Shown here: one piece after another, positions 1 to 9,261 of the stretch
Position numbering within the stretch: position 1 is the first letter of the stretch
Layout of the letters: each line of letters opens with the position of its first letter
Origin: Eubacteriales bacterium
GTDB taxonomy: Bacteria > Bacillota > Clostridia > Oscillospirales > CAG-272
DNA length: 64,000 nt
Direction of reading: 5' to 3'
Assembly: GCA_045613985.1 (NCBI GenBank)
Contig: JAZLCA010000019.1
Span: 28,345-92,344, forward strand
The notes under the pieces: model-generated
Databases searched by the model: none
Seen by the model: only the letters and a program-made list of their open reading frames with translations
Told to the model about the DNA's origin: nothing
Translations under genes and position numbers: made by a program

Positions 1-5
1 ATTCT

Positions 6-395
6 ATGAAGGTGAACATCGCAGACGCCTTGATCTCTGTCGTCTTGGTGTGGTTTCTTCTTCCTATCTTTGGGATATACGGTTATGTTATAACCATCTA
101 CGTCACGGAGTTGATCAACGCAGCTTTGAGTATTCTGCGGCTGATAAATCTTGGAGAAATGAGACCACCTCTGACTTCATGGATAATCAAGCCGCTGGGC
201 AGTATTGTTGGAGCGACTTGTTTGACACGCCTGCTTTATCATTGGTTAATAAACAACGCTGCAAATTTTTCCGTTTCCACTCATTTTGCATTCTTGGTGG
301 TCATCGTCCTTTTTCTCTACGTCTCATTTTTATTGCTCCTCGGCGCTCTTGGCCGACAAGACATACAATGGATGAAATCATTTTTTTATTGTTAA
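6..395 (+). CDS. C-terminal part of a polysaccharide biosynthesis / SpoVB-like MOP flippase (5' end probably upstream of the window)
   Basis: Four hydrophobic helices with an 'LLPIFGIYGYVITIYVTELIN' pattern typical of SpoVB/MurJ C-termini; the frame is open to the window edge. Confidence 0.6.
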   Translation: MKVNIADALISVVLVWFLLPIFGIYGYVITIYVTELINAALSILRLINLGEMRPPLTSWIIKPLGSIVGATCLTRLLYHWLINNAANFSVSTHFAFLVVIVLFLYVSFLLLLGALGRQDIQWMKSFFYC

Positions 396-401
396 AAATC
401 G

Positions 402-440
402 TTGTGCCGCGAATCCAACAAGGATTCGCGGCACAATTTT
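402..440. terminator. Bidirectional intrinsic terminator between convergent genes
   Basis: Perfect 15-bp inverted repeat ttgtgccgcgaatcc / ggattcgcggcacaa with A/T tracts on both sides. Confidence 0.85.
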
Positions 441-444
441 AAAA

Positions 445-1275
445 TCATCTCATAAAAATTTCAGCCAGTTTAATCTTGAAAGCAGCAGCCAGTTCACGCA
501 GCATGGGACGGGTGATCGTCTGTAGCTTGCTATGTGAGATGGAGCGCACCTTCACAGCGACTTCTGCGCTCTTTTCGATGGTATGGCAAAGACCAAACGC
601 TTCATCAAAGGTGGTACCCGACACGAAGATACCGTGGTGAGCCCAAACAACTGCGTTGTAATCCTTCATCTTCTTGGAGGTAGCCACGGCGATCTCCTTC
701 TGACCGGGAACCATCCAAGGAAGGACTCCAATACCGTCAGGAAAAATGACAGGACATTCGGTCATCATCTGCCAAAGCTCCTTCGTAAAGGCCGCATCGG
801 TAAGAGGTAAAAGGAAGGTCAGAGCGATGAGATTAACAGGGTGACTATGGTAGATCACTCGGTTTTTGCCCCCTGTCGTTCCCTTCTTGACAGCGTGGTT
901 CATCAGGTGCGCCGGTAACTCACTTGTGGGACGCCCGCCGCTTTCGAAGCCCCAAAGAATGCGGAATTTCTCACCCGTGGAGTCCACTTCAATAATACCG
1001 CAGGTGTTGACGGTATCATCTTTGATATGGCGAAAGAAGCAACCCGTACCGCTGACGAGAAAATACTCGCCGGCCAGTTCCGGCACCTCGGTGCCAATGT
1101 CCATCCAAGGACGGTTGGGGATGAGTTGGGAACGCACCTCCGCAATTTCTTCGGGCAGGATCCAATAGGATAAATTACCGCCATTGCGCTCGTGATATCC
1201 GTGATTGTAACCGTCGTTTGCCATCTCAACAAACTGGCGGACAAATTTAGCCTGTAAAACTTCCATTGCACTCAT
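445..1275 (-). CDS. rhaD: Rhamnulose-1-phosphate aldolase
   Basis: HERNGGNLS, PTSELPAH, HSHP and WAHHG class II aldolase motifs; third gene of the rha operon. Confidence 0.93.
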   Translation of the reverse strand: MSAMEVLQAKFVRQFVEMANDGYNHGYHERNGGNLSYWILPEEIAEVRSQLIPNRPWMDIGTEVPELAGEYFLVSGTGCFFRHIKDDTVNTCGIIEVDSTGEKFRILWGFESGGRPTSELPAHLMNHAVKKGTTGGKNRVIYHSHPVNLIALTFLLPLTDAAFTKELWQMMTECPVIFPDGIGVLPWMVPGQKEIAVATSKKMKDYNAVVWAHHGIFVSGTTFDEAFGLCHTIEKSAEVAVKVRSISHSKLQTITRPMLRELAAAFKIKLAEIFMR

Positions 1276-1286
1276 ACTCCTTTTTC

Positions 1287-2534
1287 TCAGCGGGCGAGCA
1301 ATACGTCTTGCTCATATTTCATAATAGTCTCAAACCATCCACCGTCTTCAGGGACTCCTGCGCGGTGGCAAAATTCTGTCCAAATTTCACCCGTAGGCAG
1401 CATTTTCCACTCCTCTTGGCGAACGAGCAGCTCGGTCATCTTACCATCAGCCTGCAGCTGCTTCCATGCCGCGTGAGGCATCAGCATGGCCTCCAGAAGT
1501 GCCTTGCGGAAGTTGCGGGCACCTACAATCCATGCGGCCACACGGTTGATGCTGGCATCGAAGTAATCCAAAGCCAGCGCAAAATCGGAAACGCGGCCGC
1601 TGGCCACGATCTCTTTAGCGATCTCGCGGGTCTCATCGTCCAAGCGTACGACGTGATCAGAATCCCAGCGCACGGCTCTTGTCACGTGCAGAGCGACCTT
1701 TTCATTGAACAGAAGCAACGAGGAAATTTTGTCCGATACTACTTCGGTGGGATGATAGTGACCGTTATCCATCAAAGGCATAATACCCTTTTTAGCGGCG
1801 TAACTCAAAGTAAACTCGGCCGATCCTACCGTGTATGATTCCAAACCGATACCAAAGACTTTCGATTCTAAGCAAGGATAAACTAACGTGCGGTCATACG
1901 GTTCAGACAGCATTTCATCCAGCGATTTGGCAAAGCGGGCGCGAGGGGAGATGCGATCAGCGGGAATATCTTTATAACCGTCAGGAATCCAGATGTTCAT
2001 GACACAGGGGATGCCTGTTTCGCGAGCGAAATATTGCGAAATACGCAGACAGCATTTTCCATGCTCCACCCAGAATTTACGGATACTCTCATCAGGCGAG
2101 GACAGCGTGAATTCATTCGCCTTAGGGTGCGAGAAGAAGGTTGGATTGAAATCAATGCCCATACCTCTCTCTTTGGCAAAGGAAACCCAAGGGGCAAAAT
2201 GTTTGGGTTCAAGCGCGTCGCGGTCGGCATACTTGCCATCTTCAAAGATAGCGTAACTGGCGTGCAAATTGAGTTTGATCACGCCGCCGATATTTTTGAT
2301 GGCCACGTCCATGTCCGACATCAGCTGATCGGGGGTTTTAGCCTTTCCGGGATAGTTACCCGTTGTCTGAATACCGCCCGAAAGTGCCATGTCAGAATCA
2401 AAACCACCCACATCATCGCCCTGCCAGCAATGCAAAGAGATAGGAATATTTTTTACGGTTTCGATTACTGTATCTGTGTCAATACCCAAAGCAGCAAACT
2501 TTTCTTTTGCATAGTCATAAGCATTGAAAGCCAT
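1287..2534 (-). CDS. rhaA: L-rhamnose isomerase
   Basis: ISLHCWQGDDVGGF, GGIQTTGNYPG, ESKVFGIGLESYT and VRWDSDHVV motifs. Confidence 0.96.
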   Translation of the reverse strand: MAFNAYDYAKEKFAALGIDTDTVIETVKNIPISLHCWQGDDVGGFDSDMALSGGIQTTGNYPGKAKTPDQLMSDMDVAIKNIGGVIKLNLHASYAIFEDGKYADRDALEPKHFAPWVSFAKERGMGIDFNPTFFSHPKANEFTLSSPDESIRKFWVEHGKCCLRISQYFARETGIPCVMNIWIPDGYKDIPADRISPRARFAKSLDEMLSEPYDRTLVYPCLESKVFGIGLESYTVGSAEFTLSYAAKKGIMPLMDNGHYHPTEVVSDKISSLLLFNEKVALHVTRAVRWDSDHVVRLDDETREIAKEIVASGRVSDFALALDYFDASINRVAAWIVGARNFRKALLEAMLMPHAAWKQLQADGKMTELLVRQEEWKMLPTGEIWTEFCHRAGVPEDGGWFETIMKYEQDVLLAR

Positions 2535-2549
2535 GTTTATATCCTCACT

Positions 2550-3953
2550 TTATATCGTTACTACAGTTTGTTTAACGTCAAACGATCGTGCTACCGCCTC
2601 TCGTGCTTCACTTCGATCGACAAAAACACCGGTAGCGATCATCTGGCATAGCAGATTGCCCGTTGCCGTGGCTTCGATCACGCCAGTGAACACTTGACGG
2701 CCACTAATTTTAGCTGTCAATTCGTTCAAATATGTATCTTGACTGCCGCCACCTATAATGTATAAGGCTCCCAGCTTGCGTCCTGTGCGTTCTTCCAGAT
2801 CGTTCAGCGTATCGCGGTATGCTTCGGCAAGGCTGTAATATATCACGGCCAACAATTCGGGCAATTCCATTTTTTTACCGCAAACGGTTTCTATTGCCTG
2901 CATCATACTTTGTGGAGCAAGGAAAGCATCGTCGTTGACGTTCACCCGGCATTCGGGCTCGCCAAACGCTCTTGCCATCGCCGATAACTCACCAAAGCCA
3001 TATTGTCCGCCCAGTTCACGACGGACGGACTGGATCATCCAAAGTCCCATAATATTCTTTAAGTAGCGGTATCGCATATTATAGCCGCCCTCATTGGTGA
3101 AATTAGAGCGACGCGAATCTTCATCATTGGCAGGCTCGATGCGTTCAACCCCCATAAGCGACCACGTTCCCGAACTAAGATACGCGGCATCTTCCCTCTC
3201 CGTCGGCAAGGCCAGCACAGCCGAAGCGGTGTCGTGTGAAGGAGACATGATGACTTCCAGATCAAATCCAATCTCGCGCACGATATCTTGCTTCAAGCCT
3301 CCCAAAATCGTTCCGGGCTTGGAGATGGGAGGAAATATATCTTCAGGATAGCCTAATATAGTCAACAATTCCCTGTCCCAGTCGCCGGATCTAACGTCCA
3401 GCAACGCCGTTGTGGAAGCATCGGTATATTCAAGCGCCATTTTTCCTGTTAACAGATAGTTCAGATAATCGGGAACCATCAGAAAAGTTTTGGCTCGTGC
3501 AAGCTCGTCCGGCTTTTGCAATTTGTGAGCCATGAGCTGATAAACGGTATTGAAGGATAGCTTCTGAATCCCGGTACGCTTGTACAATTCTTCATCCGAA
3601 ACAAAGCACCGCACCTGGGTGTCCATGCCTGCGGTACGATCGTCTCTGTAAGCCGTCAAGGAGCCGATCAAAGCGCCTTTATGGTCCAACAGCGCATAAT
3701 CGACCCCCCAAGTATCAATGGCCATGTACGAGGGGATTTTGCCATTATCGCGGCAAGCTTTTAACCCCGCGATCAAATGGGAATACAATGCCTCGTTATC
3801 CCAGCAAAGCGCACCGTCCTTTTCCAAAGCACCATTAGGAAAGCGATATACCTCTTCAAGACAAAGCTTATCATTTTCCATCCAGCCCAGCATATGTCGA
3901 CCGCTGGACGCGCCGATATCCACGGCAAGATAATATGTAACACGATCCGACAT
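2550..3953 (-). CDS. rhaB: Rhamnulokinase
   Basis: FGGY-family motifs AVDIGASSGR, DTWGVDY, SHDTASA, FTNEGG and LKNIMGLW; upstream of rhaA. Confidence 0.93.
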   Translation of the reverse strand: MSDRVTYYLAVDIGASSGRHMLGWMENDKLCLEEVYRFPNGALEKDGALCWDNEALYSHLIAGLKACRDNGKIPSYMAIDTWGVDYALLDHKGALIGSLTAYRDDRTAGMDTQVRCFVSDEELYKRTGIQKLSFNTVYQLMAHKLQKPDELARAKTFLMVPDYLNYLLTGKMALEYTDASTTALLDVRSGDWDRELLTILGYPEDIFPPISKPGTILGGLKQDIVREIGFDLEVIMSPSHDTASAVLALPTEREDAAYLSSGTWSLMGVERIEPANDEDSRRSNFTNEGGYNMRYRYLKNIMGLWMIQSVRRELGGQYGFGELSAMARAFGEPECRVNVNDDAFLAPQSMMQAIETVCGKKMELPELLAVIYYSLAEAYRDTLNDLEERTGRKLGALYIIGGGSQDTYLNELTAKISGRQVFTGVIEATATGNLLCQMIATGVFVDRSEAREAVARSFDVKQTVVTI

Positions 3954-3989
3954 TTCTGCCCTCCTTGGCGGACAAAAGTATACAGATAT

Positions 3990-4018
3990 ATTGTATCATA
4001 AAATTATTTTTCCGTCAA
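3990..4018 (-). promoter_or_regulatory. sigmaA promoter of rhaBAD
   Basis: TTGACG-17 bp-TACAAT with a TGn extension on the minus strand. Confidence 0.6.
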
Positions 4019-4063
4019 GTAAAAAATCGCAAAAAACACCTAACGAAGCACTCGAATGTGCCG

Positions 4064-4106
4064 TAAAAAAAGAATATGGAGGCATATTTTTCAATATGCC
4101 TCCATA
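4064..4106 (-). terminator. Intrinsic terminator after smpB
   Basis: 14-bp inverted repeat tatggaggcatatt / aatatgcctccata followed by a U tract on the minus strand. Confidence 0.85.
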
Positions 4107-4109
4107 CCG

Positions 4110-4583
4110 TTAATCTTGATATTGTTTAGACTTCATCTGTCTGTCGATATCGCGGTTAGCCTGCTTTTCAGCGGCAGAATCGCGCTTATCGTACAACTTT
4201 TTACCGCGGCACAGTCCAACCTGCACTTTGACGTGCGATCCCTTAAAATACAACTGCAGTGGCACCAGGGTGTATCCCTTTTGCGCCACCAAGCCAAACA
4301 GCTTGAGTATCTCTTTTTTATGCATCAGCAGCTTGCGAGGGCGCATCGGATCGCGGTTGAAAATATTACCGTGCTCGTAGGGACTGACGTGCATCTGACG
4401 CACAAACAACTCCCCGTCGTCGATCGAACAGTAGGAATCCTTGAGATTGACGTTGCCCGCCCGCAAGCTCTTGACTTCGGTGCCGAACAGTTCGATGCCT
4501 GCCTCGTACGTCTCCTCGACGAAGTATTCGTGCCACGCCTTTTTATTCTGCGTAATGATTTTTCCATTTCCTTTTTTGTCCAT
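4110..4583 (-). CDS. smpB: SsrA-binding protein
   Basis: NKKAWHEY, EAGIELFGTEVKSLR, RKLLMHKKEI and GKKLYDKR motifs. Confidence 0.98.
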   Translation of the reverse strand: MDKKGNGKIITQNKKAWHEYFVEETYEAGIELFGTEVKSLRAGNVNLKDSYCSIDDGELFVRQMHVSPYEHGNIFNRDPMRPRKLLMHKKEILKLFGLVAQKGYTLVPLQLYFKGSHVKVQVGLCRGKKLYDKRDSAAEKQANRDIDRQMKSKQYQD

Positions 4584-4600
4584 GCTTCAACATCCTCCGA

Positions 4601-4924
4601 TTACGGCTGATTTCCCTGGCCCGAATATATAATGGTGTCGCCGGGAAAAACAAGATTGTATTTCTCCCGAGCGATGCGAACGATATCCTCATAATCAATG
4701 GAGCCGTCCAGATAATGATTCATCTTTTCGATTTGCGCTTGATACAGATCCTTTTTGTTTTCCAGATCCTTTTTTTGTTCTGTCAATTGATGATAGATCA
4801 GCATACGCGATGCAAAAATGACCACCGAAAGAATCAATATCAGCAAAAGAAAGAGACGAAGTCCCAGGCTGATCCGAGCGGACGGTCGATTTTTCTGTTC
4901 ATTCGTATGATCAAGATCATGCAT
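4601..4924 (-). CDS. divIC: Septum formation initiator (DivIC/FtsB family)
   Basis: One TM helix, a coiled coil and 'IAREKYNLVFPGD'; follows yabQ as in conserved synteny; start placed at the ATG after the GAAGGAG RBS. Confidence 0.75.
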   Translation of the reverse strand: MHDLDHTNEQKNRPSARISLGLRLFLLLILILSVVIFASRMLIYHQLTEQKKDLENKKDLYQAQIEKMNHYLDGSIDYEDIVRIAREKYNLVFPGDTIIYSGQGNQP

Positions 4925-4983
4925 GGTTGTTCTCTCCTTCCTCAATATGTTTTATCACAAAATCCGTGTTGTTTTCCAATTAG

Positions 4984-5694
4984 TTACGGGAGTTGCTTTT
5001 TTCCCGATACATAAACTTTTTTGCCATTTTGTCGTTCCCGCAGCACCGAAATCCTGTCCGGCTGTTGCTCTGCTTTTTCTTGACGTTTCACATCCATGAG
5101 GCGTTGTCTGCGACGTTGTATTTTTTGTTTGAGATATCTCCGTATAGCCTCCAAGCGAGCCAAAACCCACCGGCGGGGCCGAATCGTGCATTTCCACACG
5201 CGACGCAAGGGCCAAAACAACAGCCAACCGCCCCACAGCATCAAAGACTGTGTCAAAACGGCCACAATGGAACAAATTCGGTTCATTCCTTTTTTCAGCG
5301 TCAGCTGATAAAGAAAAATGCCGACAAGCATCATCAGTACGGCACTTAAACGAAATCCACCGTCGTTCATCATATAGAACAGCAACAATAATGATGCGGC
5401 CAAAATAATTGCAAAGAAAACGTCGTATATAAATTGCGCCGCCGACCGAAAAATTTGTCCTACGGTGCGGCTGAAACGATTACGAGTCTGATGTCTTTGA
5501 AGTGGCGATCTCCGACAGACAGGTATGATCGCGTGATAAAGACGCATCACGCGGGGAGAAAGTCGTTCCGGATCAATCGGTACTACTATCGCCACGATCG
5601 CCTGGCGAACGATATCTCGACCGCCTGCCAATAAAAATCCGCAAAATAATGCGCCAATCAAAAGGCGGGCGAGATCCCCTTGCGATACTTCCAT
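4984..5694 (-). CDS. yabQ: Spore cortex biosynthesis protein YabQ family
   Basis: Membrane protein with 'DVFF...NDGGFRLSAV...GIFLY' and a basic tail; lies between yabP and divIC. Confidence 0.75.
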   Translation of the reverse strand: MEVSQGDLARLLIGALFCGFLLAGGRDIVRQAIVAIVVPIDPERLSPRVMRLYHAIIPVCRRSPLQRHQTRNRFSRTVGQIFRSAAQFIYDVFFAIILAASLLLLFYMMNDGGFRLSAVLMMLVGIFLYQLTLKKGMNRICSIVAVLTQSLMLWGGWLLFWPLRRVWKCTIRPRRWVLARLEAIRRYLKQKIQRRRQRLMDVKRQEKAEQQPDRISVLRERQNGKKVYVSGKKQLP

Positions 5695-5696
5695 AT

Positions 5697-5987
5697 TTAG
5701 TGGAACAGCCTTCCAAAGAGTCCTTTGGAATCATTGGAAGACGGGGGATCCGAATAATAGATGCTGTCGATATGTCCATCGACCGTTACGGTTCCTTCTC
5801 TGATATCCAACACGTTCACATGAAGTCCGGCTCCCTCGATGATCATACGCCCACTGGTAGTTGCCAGTGATACGTTACTTTCATCAAAGCTGACGACTTC
5901 CGTAATCCCTTTGATCTCCACATGCGCCCGCTCACGAACAATAAATCCATGTTCCGTCGGCGCAGTCTCTTTTCTAATTTCGCTCAT
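5697..5987 (-). CDS. yabP: Sporulation protein YabP
   Basis: 'ER..VEIKGITEVVSFDE...G.GLHV..LD...G.IDSIYY' and a C-terminal GLFGRLF. Confidence 0.9.
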   Translation of the reverse strand: MSEIRKETAPTEHGFIVRERAHVEIKGITEVVSFDESNVSLATTSGRMIIEGAGLHVNVLDIREGTVTVDGHIDSIYYSDPPSSNDSKGLFGRLFH

Positions 5988-5994
5988 AACAGCC

Positions 5995-6044
5995 CTCCCG
6001 CATACATTCTTGATGAAATATATGCGGGAGTATTCACTGTTTAT
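5995..6044 (-). promoter_or_regulatory. Putative sigmaE promoter of yabP overlapping an RBS-sequestering hairpin
   Basis: Minus strand ATA (6044-6042)-17 bp-CATATATT (6024-6017); inverted repeat 5995-6008 / 6017-6030 covers the GGGAG RBS. Confidence 0.6.
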
Positions 6045-6283
6045 TCCACGACCTCGTAAAGTTCGGTCGCGCCGGCCTTGGTAACGTGCTCCTGCACGGC
6101 AAGGACGCGGATTTTCAGAGTGCGCTCACCAAAGGTAATCTCCAGAATGTCTCCAACCTTGACATCATACGACGCTTTGGCAGGACGGCCGTTGGCGGTA
6201 ACATGGGCGTTATCACACGCTTCATTTGCTACGGTCCGACGCTTAATGACACGAGATACCTTTAGAAACTTGTCCAATCTCAT
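6041..6283 (-). CDS. yabO: S4-domain RNA-binding protein YabO/RqcP
   Basis: MRLDKFLKVSRVIKRRTVANEACD N-terminus; conserved synteny. Confidence 0.93.
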   Translation of the reverse strand: MRLDKFLKVSRVIKRRTVANEACDNAHVTANGRPAKASYDVKVGDILEITFGERTLKIRVLAVQEHVTKAGATELYEVVE

Positions 6284-6328
6284 ATGGGACAGTCAAATGC
6301 CGATCTTTGTGATCTGCAAGAGGTAAAA

Positions 6329-6601
6329 TCAGTTGAGCTGATCCTTCAGAGCCTTGCTGGCGCTGAACGAGGGGTGCTTGCTTGCAGCAACCGTAATGGT
6401 CTCGCCCGTCTTAGGGTTGCGACCGGTTCTTTCGCCACGAGTCTTCACCTCAAAGGTACCAAAACCAACCAGCTGAACCTTCTCATCATTCTTCAGAGCC
6501 TCTGTAATAGCAGCGGTCAAAGCGTTGACAGCAGCCTCAGCGTCCTTTTTCTTCAAGCCGCTATTCTGAGCAACAGCATCGATCAATTGAGATTTGTTCA
6601 T
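6329..6601 (-). CDS. hup: DNA-binding protein HU
   Basis: MNKSQLIDAVA...VQLVGFGTFEV...RTGRNPKTGE; start placed after the GAAAGGA RBS. Confidence 0.97.
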   Translation of the reverse strand: MNKSQLIDAVAQNSGLKKKDAEAAVNALTAAITEALKNDEKVQLVGFGTFEVKTRGERTGRNPKTGETITVAASKHPSFSASKALKDQLN

Positions 6602-6663
6602 GTTTTTATATATCCTTTCACGTGTTGTATGAATGTACTGCATCTGCAGTTCACTTCGTCGGT

Positions 6664-6692
6664 ATTATATCATATTTTTCCTGTATTTTCAA
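6664..6692 (-). promoter_or_regulatory. sigmaA promoter of hup
   Basis: TTGAAA-17 bp-TATAAT with TGn. Confidence 0.7.
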
Positions 6693-6769
6693 GAGTTTTT
6701 GGGATTTTTCTTTTATTTTTCAAGGGTTTTTTCAACGTTAAAGCAGGTAAAATCATCCAATTTATCGTC

Positions 6770-7495
6770 TTACTCCGCCGTATCAATTACCTTTGCAACT
6801 TCTGCACTCAGAGCCTCTTCCGCTTCGATTCCCAAGCGTCTGGAAATCGAAGTCATTCGGAATAAAACCTCTCCCAATACGCTCTGTTTTTCCTTCGGAT
6901 CACAGGCGTCTCCTAAATAGCACAAGCGTTCCGACGTTTCTTTTAGCAATTGCTCCAGCGTAATATCGGCGAAGGCATCCGTCTTTTTACCTACCTTCTG
7001 AGCCCGCATCAAGGCCGGTAATATGACCGGAATCGCTTTGAGTTGATCTGACAGCGAGGTACGCTGTTTTTCTTCGGTTTTGATCACTTCCCAGTTCGCA
7101 AGCACCTGCTCAGAAGTATCAACTTTGAGCTGTCCAAATACGTGCGGATGACGGTGAATCATCTTAACGCATTCGTCATTGGCCACGTCATCGATATTGA
7201 ATCGGCCAACATCTTTTTCGATGTCCGCATGAAAAACGATCTGAAGCAAAACGTCGCCTAGCTCCTCCTGCAGCAAAGCAGCATCATCCGTATCAATGGC
7301 CTCCACCACTTCATAACATTCTTCGATCATTCCCTTACGGATAGAGTGATGATCCTGCTCTCTGTCCCACGGACATCCCCCCTCCCCGCGCAGAATGGTG
7401 ACTACGTCACACAGGTCGGAAAAATTGTAACGACTTTTAGAGAGCAACTCCTTGATCTTTTCGTCCCGCCAAGCGGCATAGTTTTGCAAATCCAT
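6770..7495 (-). CDS. mazG: MazG-family nucleoside triphosphate pyrophosphohydrolase (YabN-like, without the N-terminal methylase domain)
   Basis: GCPWDREQ, EECYEVVEAI, EELGDVLLQ and RHPHVF motifs; the second MazG repeat is degenerate; start after AAGGAG. Confidence 0.88.
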   Translation of the reverse strand: MDLQNYAAWRDEKIKELLSKSRYNFSDLCDVVTILRGEGGCPWDREQDHHSIRKGMIEECYEVVEAIDTDDAALLQEELGDVLLQIVFHADIEKDVGRFNIDDVANDECVKMIHRHPHVFGQLKVDTSEQVLANWEVIKTEEKQRTSLSDQLKAIPVILPALMRAQKVGKKTDAFADITLEQLLKETSERLCYLGDACDPKEKQSVLGEVLFRMTSISRRLGIEAEEALSAEVAKVIDTAE

Positions 7496-7548
7496 AGAAA
7501 TCTCCTTTTTATGTACTTTCTTATTTTGAGGGAGGCCGTAGCCTCCGT

Positions 7549-9261
7549 TTATTCCGTTCTTTTTTGAATACGGCATACCTTTGACAATCGTAATGCTATT
7601 TTGGAAGGTAACATTGACAATTCATTTTCTCCAAGTAATCCGCCCCGCAAACACAAGATTAAATAAAGCGCCATCGTTACGGGAACCGCGGCAAAAAACA
7701 AGCGGATATATGAAAAGCCTCCTTGTACCAACAATGCGTAGAAAGCACCGGGAATTCCAACCGCAACAAATGATATGATCAGCGGACGGATCAGAGCTGT
7801 ACGCAAGGAAGACAGCACGTCGGTATATTTAGCAATCAAGGTAAAATTGATCGCAACGATTACAGTATCGCACAAAAAAGTGCTGATAGGGGCCCCGTAA
7901 ATATGAACGCCGGGCAAACCGATCAGCGCATACGCACCCAACAGTTTCACACCAGATCCAATGAGCATGGAAAAAATTGGGGCTCCCGCATGTCCATAAG
8001 CTTGTAAGATAGCGTTCGTCGTGGTAATAATGCCAGAGAAAAAGATCGACACCGCCAAAATTGACAGCATTGGAGCGGCTGCTGTTACCTCAGGATCATT
8101 GCCGAACAGTAGGGCTAAAATGCTTTTACTATAAATAACTACGGCAAAAGAGGCCGGAAGTGACAAAATGGCGGTCAATCGAATTGCGCTTTGCGTCGAT
8201 GCCCTTTGCGTTTGACTGTCCCCCGTTTTAATGGCGACCGACAGCGTTGGTACCAATGCAAGAGCAACCGAAGTAATCAACGAAGGGATCAAATTGAAGA
8301 TTGGAACAGCCATAGTTGTATAACTTCCGTACAACGCGGTTGCGGCTGCGGTATCATATCCAATATATTGTAACCGGCGCAAGATCATAGCCGTATCAAA
8401 CAGCCGAGTGACGTTCATCACGGAAGAACTGATCGTCACGGGAACAGCGATACTTAAAAGCTGGATTAGGGGCGACCGTCGAAAGGAAAACAACTCCGGT
8501 GAATCCATGGGATGCGCATCCTTCACATTTGAGTGATAAAACTTGCGCGCTGCTATAAGATAAAGCAACGAAACGGCAACTCCCAAAGACAAGCCCAGCA
8601 TTGCCCAAGCTGCAATGTGAGGTGAGGAAAGTCCACGTTGCTTGGCAATGTGAGCAAATATCAATCCAAGTATCAACTTCCCCGCCGCTTCGATCACTTG
8701 CGAAACTGCTGTTGGGACCATATCGCGATGTCCTTGGAAATAACCGCGATATGCACCGCTAAGACAAGAAAAAAGTATTGTGGGAGCAACTGCCGCAATA
8801 GCGTATTTAGTATCATGACTTCCTATAGCGCGAGCAATCCCGGAAGCACCGAAAAACAAAAACAGTGTCCCAAGAACCCCCAATATACTGAACACCCGCA
8901 TCGAAAGCCGCTCAATTTTTTGAATTTTCTTTGGATGTCCCATAACGCCTGCAATCAGTATGGAGCTTGCCAGAGGTAAGCCCGAGGTTGAAATCACGCA
9001 CAACGCTCCGTACCATTCATAGGCTGCATTGAAATATCCCATTCCCTCACTGCCAAGATAATGCAGCATGGGAATCTTGTAAAATAGACCGATTACTTTG
9101 ACCAAAATAGTCGAAAGCGTCAAAACCATCACACCGGACAAAAACACACGCCCTTGCGGTGTTCTCTCGCTCGGTTGTCGGGGCGTCTGTGCAACGTTAT
9201 CGGTCATGGTTTTGACGCTATATTTCATAATGGCCTTGCTCCTTCGCTCATGATACTTCAA
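7549..9261 (-). CDS. yabM: YabM/SpoVB-like polysaccharide biosynthesis flippase (MurJ-like MOP family); true start probably a little downstream
   Basis: KVIGLFYKIP, GMGYF and RGYFQG..M.PTAVSQVIE motifs; about 14 TM helices; upstream of mazG. Confidence 0.8.
   Translation of the reverse strand: MKYHERRSKAIMKYSVKTMTDNVAQTPRQPSERTPQGRVFLSGVMVLTLSTILVKVIGLFYKIPMLHYLGSEGMGYFNAAYEWYGALCVISTSGLPLASSILIAGVMGHPKKIQKIERLSMRVFSILGVLGTLFLFFGASGIARAIGSHDTKYAIAAVAPTILFSCLSGAYRGYFQGHRDMVPTAVSQVIEAAGKLILGLIFAHIAKQRGLSSPHIAAWAMLGLSLGVAVSLLYLIAARKFYHSNVKDAHPMDSPELFSFRRSPLIQLLSIAVPVTISSSVMNVTRLFDTAMILRRLQYIGYDTAAATALYGSYTTMAVPIFNLIPSLITSVALALVPTLSVAIKTGDSQTQRASTQSAIRLTAILSLPASFAVVIYSKSILALLFGNDPEVTAAAPMLSILAVSIFFSGIITTTNAILQAYGHAGAPIFSMLIGSGVKLLGAYALIGLPGVHIYGAPISTFLCDTVIVAINFTLIAKYTDVLSSLRTALIRPLIISFVAVGIPGAFYALLVQGGFSYIRLFFAAVPVTMALYLILCLRGGLLGENELSMLPSKIALRLSKVCRIQKRTE

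Noticed and set aside
3954-4109. tmRNA (ssrA) next to smpB
   Set aside because: The gap is about 155 bp and is filled by a terminator and a promoter; no tmRNA termini are visible.
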